From a bacterium (GTDB lineage: Bacteria > Zhuqueibacterota > Zhuqueibacteria > Residuimicrobiales > Krinioviventaceae): a stretch of 64,000 bases of DNA. Below the pieces are notes generated by a model that worked only from the letters and a program-made list of their open reading frames with translations, did no database searches and was not told the DNA's origin. This document shows, piece after piece, positions 47,827-57,200 of this stretch. The stretch spans positions 160,001 through 224,000 of the forward strand of contig CAXXFV010000023.1 in the NCBI GenBank assembly GCA_963674595.2. Direction: 5' to 3'. Made by a program: the position numbers and the translations under genes. Every line of letters starts with the position of its first letter. Position 1 is the first letter of the stretch.

Positions 47827-49587
47827 TTATAATGGTAAGGCGAGTACAATTGTTTTTTTGGAAACAGTTATATTCGCTTTTTGTTTATTTAGCGCTTCCA
47901 ATAATACAATATAAATCCCAATACGGCACCTCTGACCGTCTTCGTTAAACCCGTTCCAAAGAAATGTACCCTTTGCACCACTTGGTTCATGGTTTGCTAA
48001 AAATCTCACCATTCTGCCGTTTATATCAAAAATTTTTAGATTTATAAAAGCTGTTGCTGAAGGCAGTGAATAGGTAATCGCAGCAGTATCTTCAATACCA
48101 TCTCCATCCGGTGAAAATGGATTGGGGGTTATTGATAATTGGGTTGCAGCCGGTAAAATTTTCGTATAAATACTGTTTTCACGTCCGGCAGTATGTCCCG
48201 CTGATGAAACACACGTCGCCCAGTTGTTTGCTTTTTGGCCTGAAATTCGGGGATTGATTTTTTCCAGGGATTTACCTTTAGCCCCGCCCCAATTTTCATC
48301 ATAATTTACCTTATCGATTATTTTTCCTGTTGCGTCATAGATATATAATACATCAGATGTATTATTCAATGAAGGAAATTTTGTGTTTATAATAACTTTT
48401 GATGTATTATTTATTGTTTCGCAAATTGTTGAATCTTTGGCAATAATAATATATTCACCCGGAGTTATGATACATGATGAATCCGCGAGGCCGAACGGAT
48501 CAGCATCACTATCGGAAAAAGACCAGGAAAAAAGTTCGATATTAGCATCCATTGCATTGAAAATTTCAATCCACTCACAATTACCAGGTTCCGGATTATA
48601 CATAATTTCATTGATATACAGCGTACCTTTAGGATAGGATGTGCTGCATATTTTTTCAAGAATATTATTATCAGGAACCTGGTCAAGCCCGGTTTGAATA
48701 TCTGCAATTATGTAAAATGTTCCGGGTTGACGGTTTTCCCAAATTATAGAGAATTCTTTAATTTCGCCAGGTAACAATTCGCTAATTTTTAAGGTTTCAA
48801 TATTTTGTTGTGAATCTGAATAAAGCGGAGAAAAAGAAAAATTAAGAGATGCCTCTGAAATCGGATTTCTGCCAAAGTTTTCTATTTTAACAGATATGGT
48901 CAATGGATTGTCCGGTTCCGTGTTTTCCGTATCAAATGTTAAGGAATTTTCCACGATCCTCAAATCATATTGTTTGGGACTGCAACTGTTCAAGCTTCCA
49001 GGTGTTGATTTTAAAGAATCCTGACACGTTTGCCAGTTAGCGGCCTCGAATCCCGGATTTTCATAATAAATACGTTCCAGGGAAATATTCCTGCCGCCAC
49101 CCCAGGATGGATCATATGTGAGGCTGTCTATAAGAGCGCCGGAAGAATCTTTAAGCACCAAATCATCTCCGGTATTATTAAGCTCAATAAAGGATGGTAT
49201 TGAAATATATGGATAATTTTTTTGTTCAGCACTGCCTAGGACGACATATTCGCCGGAATTTATAAAATAATCACCAGATGTAATTGTGACTGTTTTTCGC
49301 CGGTCACCTATTGTCCAGTTTTTTAAATTTATTGTGTTTTCCCGGGTGTTATATAATTCAATCCATTCCTCTTCACGTTCATCGGTATTATACATGATTT
49401 CGTTTATTACAATAGCACCGAACTCTGATATTTTTTTCTGTTCAGAAACGCCATCATCATTACTGTACGCCGACTTTATTAAAATAGTGTCCTTTGAATG
49501 GAGAGATATTTCTTTTGTTTGACTAACGCCGGGTTTTGTGCTTAAAACAGATAAAATACTTAGAACAAAACATAAAAACTTCATCAC
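47827..49587 (-). CDS. Secreted protein: two lamin-tail domains, CARDB-like Ig and C-terminal sorting-like domain
   Basis: Two INEIMYN..EWIE..N..LNN..D..IDxxxY..WGG..SLE(R/K)I..TPG/TAG..NS units. C-terminal PNPFSPDGDGIED..IFDINGR..WNG..GIYI. Confidence 0.8.
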   Translation of the reverse strand: MMKFLCFVLSILSVLSTKPGVSQTKEISLHSKDTILIKSAYSNDDGVSEQKKISEFGAIVINEIMYNTDEREEEWIELYNTRENTINLKNWTIGDRRKTVTITSGDYFINSGEYVVLGSAEQKNYPYISIPSFIELNNTGDDLVLKDSSGALIDSLTYDPSWGGGRNISLERIYYENPGFEAANWQTCQDSLKSTPGSLNSCSPKQYDLRIVENSLTFDTENTEPDNPLTISVKIENFGRNPISEASLNFSFSPLYSDSQQNIETLKISELLPGEIKEFSIIWENRQPGTFYIIADIQTGLDQVPDNNILEKICSTSYPKGTLYINEIMYNPEPGNCEWIEIFNAMDANIELFSWSFSDSDADPFGLADSSCIITPGEYIIIAKDSTICETINNTSKVIINTKFPSLNNTSDVLYIYDATGKIIDKVNYDENWGGAKGKSLEKINPRISGQKANNWATCVSSAGHTAGRENSIYTKILPAATQLSITPNPFSPDGDGIEDTAAITYSLPSATAFINLKIFDINGRMVRFLANHEPSGAKGTFLWNGFNEDGQRCRIGIYIVLLEALNKQKANITVSKKTIVLALPL

Positions 49588-49606
49588 AATCCCCCTGAAA
49601 TTAGAG

Positions 49607-50965
49607 TCAGGAATCCGATTTTTTTAATAGGTCTTTTAAACTTGTGTTTGAAAAAGTGGTACGTAATGTTTCTTCCATTTGTTTTTGAAATTCTTCAACA
49701 GTTTTACCAATATTATAATCAGTATCAAATGTTGAAAATGAAATGCCGTGTTTTTGCAGTTTTTGTATAACATCTATAATTTTCATGTTTTCCAAACTGA
49801 CTGCCGGCGTATAACGTGTAATATCGTCGTCTATGGCATAAATAAACCGTTGAGCTATTAAATCGGTTAGAATTTCGTTTATAAGTCGCTCCGGCACGTT
49901 CAAAACATCGGTTAAATCTTTCATAGATGGTGCAGGTTTGGCATAATGAAAGGGTTCGCCAACCAAAACAAGTATTTGAATGGTAATTGCTTCTTTGAAT
50001 TGTTGACTGTAATGTGTTCCCCTGATTTCCCATGAGATTTTATTGGCATTTTGATGGGCATAAGCAATTTCTGCACCCAGTAATACAATTGCCCAACTGA
50101 TAAACAGCCAAACCAGGAAAAGAGGTAATGTTGCGAATCCGGCATAAAGGGCGGCTTTTGCGCCGGTTTGGTAAGATGCTACAATAAAACGGGCGAAAAA
50201 TATATTGGCGAATTGCCACAGCGTGCCGGATAAAATCGCCCCGATAAGTGCTGAACGCATTCTAACACGCGTATTTGGAATAAATGTGATGAGAAAGTAA
50301 AAAGCAACCCAGCTTGTAACAGTGGGCGCTGTTTTGTTTACAATAAATGAAACGACCGGCATTTTTTGGATCATTTCAACCAGTGTAAAACTTTGCAGTG
50401 ATGCCGTAATACCGAGAATAGTGAATAACAAAAGCGGACCCAGCAGCAAAACTGAAAGATAATCGCTAAAGCGTCTTTGCAAACTTCGGACACGGTGGAC
50501 CTTCCATATATCATTAAAGGCCCTTTCAATATTATTAATAATCGAAAGGACGGAAAATAAAAGCAACAGCAAACCTGCTGCACCCAAGGCACTGACATCA
50601 ACATTGTCGACAAAATTTACAATGTTGGGAATAACAAGGTCCATTGCCTGCTGGCCTAAAGGGGCCATAATTTGATATAATGTCGGCTCAAGGCGGTTAT
50701 GAAAGCCAAAACCTTTTAATAAGGAAAACATAACAGCTAAAAGAGGAACGATGGACAAGAGTGTTGCATACACCAGTGCGGAAGCTCTTACAAGCAGACG
50801 ATCCTGAATAAAAGCCCTGGCAACCAGATAACTGACAAGAATTTGCCGGTAAAAAAAAGCTTTTAATCTTGAAATTTTGGTAAAGTCAAGATGCCAAAGG
50901 TCTTTTGTTAAAAATTGATGAATAAAAGCCATCAATTCCAGAAAGGGTTTTATTAAATTATCCAT
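49607..50965 (-). CDS. YihY/virulence factor BrkB family membrane protein with C-terminal wHTH-like extension
   Basis: ASALVYATLLSIVP, IERAFNDIW, IPNTRV, YAGFA.LP.FLVW..ISW.IVLLGAE, plus a ~150-aa soluble tail. Confidence 0.85.
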   Translation of the reverse strand: MDNLIKPFLELMAFIHQFLTKDLWHLDFTKISRLKAFFYRQILVSYLVARAFIQDRLLVRASALVYATLLSIVPLLAVMFSLLKGFGFHNRLEPTLYQIMAPLGQQAMDLVIPNIVNFVDNVDVSALGAAGLLLLLFSVLSIINNIERAFNDIWKVHRVRSLQRRFSDYLSVLLLGPLLLFTILGITASLQSFTLVEMIQKMPVVSFIVNKTAPTVTSWVAFYFLITFIPNTRVRMRSALIGAILSGTLWQFANIFFARFIVASYQTGAKAALYAGFATLPLFLVWLFISWAIVLLGAEIAYAHQNANKISWEIRGTHYSQQFKEAITIQILVLVGEPFHYAKPAPSMKDLTDVLNVPERLINEILTDLIAQRFIYAIDDDITRYTPAVSLENMKIIDVIQKLQKHGISFSTFDTDYNIGKTVEEFQKQMEETLRTTFSNTSLKDLLKKSDS

Positions 50966-51008
50966 AACATAAATATCTAAAATGGGTTACCGAGTTGATT
51001 TTAAATAA

Positions 51009-51037
51009 ATTATAAGAATAGCAGGCTAAAAAGTCAA
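51009..51037 (-). promoter_or_regulatory. Sigma70 promoter of the yihY-family gene
   Basis: Minus strand TTGACT-N17-TATAAT. Confidence 0.75.
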
Positions 51038-51069
51038 GTGTAAAGAAATTTTGTTTTGCATTAACAGTC

Positions 51070-51085
51070 CGGCATGATATTTGAA
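51070..51085 (+). promoter_or_regulatory. Possible sigma54-type promoter (variant -12)
   Basis: CGGCATGATATTTGAA (GG-N10-GA). Shares GG..TGATATTTG with the site at 52146. Confidence 0.4.
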
Positions 51086-51288
51086 TTATAAAAAAGTGAT
51101 GAGGCTCATAGTATTATTTGAAAAAAATGCTAAATTTTTGTACGCAAATTTTTAATATAACTATATAAATATATTGAGGATTAATTAAAAGCGGTTTTGA
51201 AATTTTTCCCGGTTTAAGATTGTTATTGAGACATAGAGTAATCATATATGACACAAATGACTCAGTTTGATAGTTTGTTAAATGGAGC

Positions 51289-52002
51289 ATGATAGATATG
51301 AAAAGAGTAATAAAATCAAATTCTGTGCGGGTCTTTTTTCTGGTACTTGTCGCCTCATATCTGGGAATAACAACGTTGGCAAGCGATGCTAACGAAGTAT
51401 TAAACTCAAATCAGAATCCACCTGTTATTTCACACAGGGCCGTCAAGCTTGCTTTACAAGGCGAAAAAATTAATATCGTTGCCGGAATTGGTCATCGTAC
51501 CGGAATTAAAGATGTTGCTTTGACAATAAATTATGGAAAGAATAAAATTATTGTTGGTAGTTTGGTTCCCGTTCAAGGACTTGGTCCGGTTCCTGTATCG
51601 GTTAGTGCATTAAAAAATGTGCCCGTATTAAAGGATGTCGGATTAAATCAAAAAATTGCTGGTATTTTTAAAAACGGTGAACAAGCAAAAGTAACCCTGG
51701 TTCGTGGAGAATATCTGAGAATTCTAACTTCCGACGGACTGGAAGGCTATGTTGAAAAACGTCAAACAGCCACATTGTTAACCGGTGAGATGTTTGGCGC
51801 TTCTATTCCCGAATCCATGACAATGGATAATTTGTCTTATAAAATTAGTGTTGTTTCAAATAGTGGGGATATTGCACAAACTGACGAGATTCATGTTAAA
51901 TTTTTAGACGAAAACGAGATTGCATATATAAAGTCTGAATTAAATAATGCAAATAATAATGAATTGAACCCGACTTTAAATATGGCTTTACTCACAAAAT
52001 AG
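51289..52002 (+). CDS. Secreted Ig-like protein with inserted bacterial SH3-like domain
   Basis: Signal peptide; PPVISH..INIVA (Ig start), GEQAKVTLVRGEYLRILTSDGLEGYV (SH3b-like), FGASIP..LSYKISVV (Ig end). Confidence 0.65.
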   Translation: MIDMKRVIKSNSVRVFFLVLVASYLGITTLASDANEVLNSNQNPPVISHRAVKLALQGEKINIVAGIGHRTGIKDVALTINYGKNKIIVGSLVPVQGLGPVPVSVSALKNVPVLKDVGLNQKIAGIFKNGEQAKVTLVRGEYLRILTSDGLEGYVEKRQTATLLTGEMFGASIPESMTMDNLSYKISVVSNSGDIAQTDEIHVKFLDENEIAYIKSELNNANNNELNPTLNMALLTK

Positions 52003-52032
52003 TTATTTCCCTCCTCTTTTTTAATATATTAG

Positions 52033-52061
52033 AAAAAGCCGGTTTTTATGCCGGCTTTTTT
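52033..52061 (+). terminator. Terminator after the 51289 gene
   Basis: AAAAAGCCGG..CCGGC followed by T6. Confidence 0.8.
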
Positions 52062-52145
52062 ATTGCTATTATCTGCCCCCCTGTTATTTGATTTCCTCCC
52101 ATTTTTATCGTATATTTCTGCATAGATTGAAATTTTTTAAAAAAG

Positions 52146-52161
52146 TGGACTGATATTTGTG
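52146..52161 (+). promoter_or_regulatory. Possible sigma54-type promoter (variant -12)
   Basis: TGGACTGATATTTGTG (GG-N10-GT) upstream of the paralogous SH3 gene. Confidence 0.35.
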
Positions 52162-52273
52162 TATAAAAGATGTTAGTTAAGGAAAGAGATTTTGTAAGTT
52201 TAATATTAATAGCGAAATAGTTATGGATTTCGTGGGCAGAAAGGTTAAATTAGCCTCGGGAGGGCGTCATATC

Positions 52274-53101
52274 ATGAAACAATTGCGTACATGTGAAACA
52301 TTTTTGGCCAGTGTTGTCCTGTTGGTCATACTCCATTTGTTGTTTTTCCCTATGTATTCCGACATTTTAAAGGCACAAAACCTTGACGGAAAACCGATTG
52401 TTGTTTCTCATTATCCGGTTACCAAGGCTTACCAGGGAAAAGCCTTAAACATTATTGCATTCGTCGCTGCTGACGCGGCAGTTGCAAAAGTGACATTAAA
52501 TTTGACATCTAATGGTAAAACCATTAAAGGGGCTGTTCCCCATCAGAGTAAAATGGGTGTTGTGCCTGTTATTGTGCAGGCCGATCAGGACCTTATCGTT
52601 TATTCAGGACCCGGCATAAAATATCGTGTCCGTGGTGCTGTTAAAAAAGGAGAGCAGGTGTATGTAAACAGGATTCGAGATGGTTATTACCGGATCCAAT
52701 CTGCTATTGGTGTCGTCGGTTATGTTGATGCCGCCCTGACAAAGGTGGTTAAAACCGGAAAAGCTTATGGTGTTTCGGTCCCGGCCAGTATGACGAGTGC
52801 GGATTATTTGACATACCAGATAACAGCGGTTGATGCATTGGGGAATACGGTTTCTACTGATTTAATTCAAACCCGTTTATTGACAAATGAAGAAGTTTTG
52901 GCCCTGCAAGGTGGTAAACAAAAACAGGTGAAAAAACAGCCAAAATCCGGACAGGAATTATCTTCTCAAAAGTCTATATTCGCAAAGCCTCTATTTTGGC
53001 TTGGACTTGCAGCGGTTGGCGGTGGAACTTATTATTTAGTCAGTCAGCAGGATTCAAAGGATAAAGAAGCTGAATTTAATATTATCCTCGATACTGAATA
53101 A
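52274..53101 (+). CDS. Paralogous Ig/SH3 protein with C-terminal membrane anchor
   Basis: Same architecture (VYSGPGIKY..KKGEQV..DGYYRI..GVVGYV). C-terminal KPLFWLGLAAVGGGTYYLV is hydrophobic. Start at MKQLRT with a GGGAGG RBS. Confidence 0.7.
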   Translation: MKQLRTCETFLASVVLLVILHLLFFPMYSDILKAQNLDGKPIVVSHYPVTKAYQGKALNIIAFVAADAAVAKVTLNLTSNGKTIKGAVPHQSKMGVVPVIVQADQDLIVYSGPGIKYRVRGAVKKGEQVYVNRIRDGYYRIQSAIGVVGYVDAALTKVVKTGKAYGVSVPASMTSADYLTYQITAVDALGNTVSTDLIQTRLLTNEEVLALQGGKQKQVKKQPKSGQELSSQKSIFAKPLFWLGLAAVGGGTYYLVSQQDSKDKEAEFNIILDTE

Positions 53102-53151
53102 TAAATTTAAATCGATCAACCTTGTTTTGCACCTTTTGAAGGAGTATAATT

Positions 53152-54243
53152 ATGAAATTCTATCATAAATTTTTAGTGCTGGCTGTTGCTCTTGTTGTTG
53201 GATTATCCGGTTGCAGTTCCATCTTTTCCAATGATGACGATGATAAACCGATAACCATAAAATTAAATGTTAAACTACCGGACGCGACCAAAGTGGAATT
53301 TATAATAAATGCCGTTTTTGTTGAGGTCACAGCCGCTGATATACAAAAAGTATCAGCAAAACTTACGATTAAAGACAGCATGGCGACCGGTTCAATTGAA
53401 GTAAAACCGGGAAATGACCGGACATTTACGGTCATCGCATATCAGGATACGGTTGCCGTCCTTTCGGGAAGCAGCACGAGCAATGTTGAAGCTGATAAAA
53501 AAGTCAACATTTCCATCATTTTGAAAAATATTACCAAATCATTGAATGTTCAAGTGCCTTTACCATTGATTAATGCAACAAAAGCAATGTTAAAAATCAT
53601 CGGTATTGGTATGGACAGCGTCGAACAGGAATTGACAATTACCGATGGTGTTGCCTCCGGAACAGTGGATGTGCCGGCCGGACCTTCGAGGACTTTTGTG
53701 ATATCGGTTTATAAGGACGGTCTGGCAGTATTAAACGGTCAGTCTGTGATAAATGTTACAGATAAAACCGGGGATATAAATATTAATTTGGATCAGTATC
53801 TTGTTCCTGCCATACTTTTGACGGCAGATAAAGCAACAGTCGCGGTAAATGACCTTGTGACAGTTTATTTAAGCGCCGCAAATATGACGGATCTGGCAAC
53901 TTTTGGAGCGCAGGTCCAGTTTGATAATACAAAATTTATGGTAACTGATTTGGGACGTGAAGATGCGTTTCTCACCCAAAACGGGGGGAGTGTAAATCAA
54001 CTCGAATTTAAAAAGGATAATGTACAGGGAACTGTTGATATTATTTTAGGTATATTTCCTGCCTCTGCGGCTGTAAGCGGATCGGGAAATGTGGCGAAAA
54101 TTGTTTTTAAAGCGTTGCAATCTGGTACTTTTGATATTACCTTGCTGCTTGATACGAATGTGGATCCGGACTTGGGTATTTATGATAAAAATGCAACCTT
54201 AATACCATCGCTGGCTGTAAACAGTCAGATTACAGTTCAATAA
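53152..54243 (+). CDS. Lipoprotein with two tandem beta-sandwich repeats and a C-terminal cohesin domain
   Basis: Lipobox LSGC; two LTI.D..A.G...V..G..RTF....Y repeats; cohesin-type VNDLVTVYL..DLATFGAQVQFD..FL..GTVDI..VSGSGNVAKIVFKAL. Confidence 0.75.
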   Translation: MKFYHKFLVLAVALVVGLSGCSSIFSNDDDDKPITIKLNVKLPDATKVEFIINAVFVEVTAADIQKVSAKLTIKDSMATGSIEVKPGNDRTFTVIAYQDTVAVLSGSSTSNVEADKKVNISIILKNITKSLNVQVPLPLINATKAMLKIIGIGMDSVEQELTITDGVASGTVDVPAGPSRTFVISVYKDGLAVLNGQSVINVTDKTGDININLDQYLVPAILLTADKATVAVNDLVTVYLSAANMTDLATFGAQVQFDNTKFMVTDLGREDAFLTQNGGSVNQLEFKKDNVQGTVDIILGIFPASAAVSGSGNVAKIVFKALQSGTFDITLLLDTNVDPDLGIYDKNATLIPSLAVNSQITVQ

Positions 54244-54292
54244 GTAATATTTGGCATTTAAAAGTTAATTTTCCCTAGTTAGGAGATATACG

Positions 54293-57200
54293 ATGAAAAG
54301 AATATTATACCCGGTTCTCTTTGTATTAACCGTTTTATTGATTTATTCGATACCGTCTTTTGGACAGGTACAAGAAAAAGCTATTGATAATAAAGCATTG
54401 GAAGTTGGTCAGGTCAATCATACATTGGCTGAACAAACTATTGTCGGCGATTCACTAAAAATTAAGGTATGGGACAATCTGCAAATGCAGATTTGGAAAT
54501 GGCAGGATGGCGCGTGGAGTCATCAGGTGTATGAACCATATGGAACAGATCCCGCTGGTCATAAAGGTTTTAAATTATTTTATAATGAAAATAATATGGC
54601 CTCTTATTATACCGGTAATGAACCCACACCGGTTTCCAACACCTTGACGGATGATCATACCATTGTCAGTGTTGTTGAAAAGGACAATATGCGAATAACA
54701 CAAACGGTGACCTATGCAAACGGACAAAATTATTATTCGGTCCGATGGGACATTCAGAATAATACATCATCGGTTATCGATTCGGTCAAGTTTTTGGCTG
54801 GTGAAGACACCTATTTTGCCGGAAGTGATAACGGCATGGGCTATTATGATGCCAGCAGAAAAATGGTCTATGTAAAAAATACCCAGGGCGGTGAAACCGG
54901 CATTATGGGCTTTTATGGTATAGAACCAACCCCGGCAACGAGTTATATAGAAGCATATTATTCAAATGTTAAAGTCGCTGTTGCTGCCGGTATTTTACCC
55001 AATACTGTTAATCCTTTAAATGTTGATGCCGGGTATGCACTTGGCTGGCGAATGAATAATATGGAACCGGGACAAACATGGACGATTTATGCCCGGGAAG
55101 TTTTTCAAAATGTCGCATTTGATGATGAGCCGCCATCCGTAACTGTTAATTCTCCAAATGGCGGTGAAACCCTGTATGCCGGTGTAAATGCATCCATCAA
55201 TTGGACCGCTACAGATAACAGATCTGTTGAACAGGTTGATATTTATTACTCAACAGATAATGGCGAAAATTATACAAATATAGTATCCGGTTATGCAAAT
55301 ACATCACCCTATACCTGGGCTGTTCCGGAGGGCCTTTCTTCATCACAATGTTTGGTTAAAGTAACGGCTTATGATGCATCTTTTAACTCTTCCACCGATG
55401 TAAGTGATGCTGTATTTACAATTTCAGAGACAGCGCCGTCAACGACAATGACTGCTGAATATGGACCCCCGACGGTTGCTAATGAATGGCAGAAATTTAC
55501 CATACCTCTTACACATACAAGTTTCGGAGTAGATGAAGCGACTTTTGAGTATATCTTGTCCAGTGTTTACCAGTTCAGGATACGCACGGAAATGCATTCC
55601 GGTGATGATGTTGGTTCATTGGATGATGTAACGGTTGGAACGTTGTATTCCAGTGATTTTGCTTCCGACCTTGAAGGTTGGAGCGCTGCCGGTGACGGCA
55701 CCATGGGATGGGTAGCCACAGGTGGTGTTTCAGATGGTTATTTACAGGTCAATGACTGGGCATCCGGTGACTGGCACTGGGCTGTTGCACCGGCCGGCTG
55801 GATTGGTGATTGGCGGGGACAAATTGGCAACAATATAGAGTTTTATTTTAAAACAGATCATCCTTCTTCTGCAGCCTATGTTGAAATAAGTCGTGATGAA
55901 TACAATCGTCTGGTACTTTCTGCAGATCCGCAAACATTATCTGCCGGAGGAAACTCAACAGTTCGGGTTACTGCTTATCCGGCGCCGTCTACTGATTTAA
56001 CCATTGGATTGAATTCTTCAGACACAGGTTGTATTGATGTTCCGGATAATGTCGTTATTAATGGCGGACAAAGTTACGTTGAATTTACAGCCGGCGCTGT
56101 TGGCGCTACCGGTGGCTGCAGCTCTGTGTTAACGGCTACAGCGACGGACTATTCTACATCACGTTTAACATTAAATGTACAGGAAGGATCTGCTTCCGGC
56201 ACAGCGACTTTAACGGGCCGTGTTACCAGCGCTACGACCGGAGATGGTATTCCGAACGCTACGGTTAGAATCGGTGATTTAACAACGACCACCAATGAAA
56301 ATGGTGATTTTACGTTAACAAATGTACCCATTAGCGGCGTCTCTGCAAATTTCTCAGGAACACCTCAAAGCGGAACAGCTCCGTTAACAGTTCAGTTTAC
56401 GGACTTGTCGAGCGCCGGCTATCAAACCGTTCAGGTTTCTGCAGACGGGTATATCAGTTCTGAAACGGCTGTAGTTTTGACCGGAGGTGGAACCGTAACA
56501 CAGGATTTTTCACTTTCACCAACGTTAACCGATGATGAGTTCAGACTGGTTTTAAACTGGGGTGAATCACCGAGTGATTTGGATATTTATTTAAAAACTC
56601 CCGAGATTGACGGCACGGAATATGTCATTTCCTGGCAGAATGAGGGGACGTTAACAGCAGCCCCGTGGGCGGCTTTGGATCATGATGATATGTACAGCTA
56701 TGGGCCGGAAACTATTACGATAAATAAGGTATCCGATGGTACGTATAAATGCTATATCCATAATTATTCCGGATCACCGGACATCTCTACGTCAAACGCC
56801 GTGGTCCAAATTTATGGCAAGACTGGATTATTGAATACAGTTACGATTCCGACAGTTGGAACAGGGCGTTATTGGCATGTCTGTGAAATTGACGGCGCTA
56901 CCGGAAATATATCCATAACCAATACGATTTCCAATGATCCTCCGGCCATGCCGGGCTTTGAAATGCCGGTTTTGGCTGAGAAAAAAGTACAACCAAGGGC
57001 ACGCGGTATTGCACCACAAACAAATGATATTGTTTCCTGGCAGTGGGATTTTGAAAACGACGGTATGTATGATTCGGAACTTCAAAATCCGTCACATGTT
57101 TACACAACATCAGGTTACTATTCTGTAAAGTTACGGGTATTCGATGGAACCGACTATTATACCCGTGTTAGAGAAGAGTATATTCATGTTATTTCTTCCA

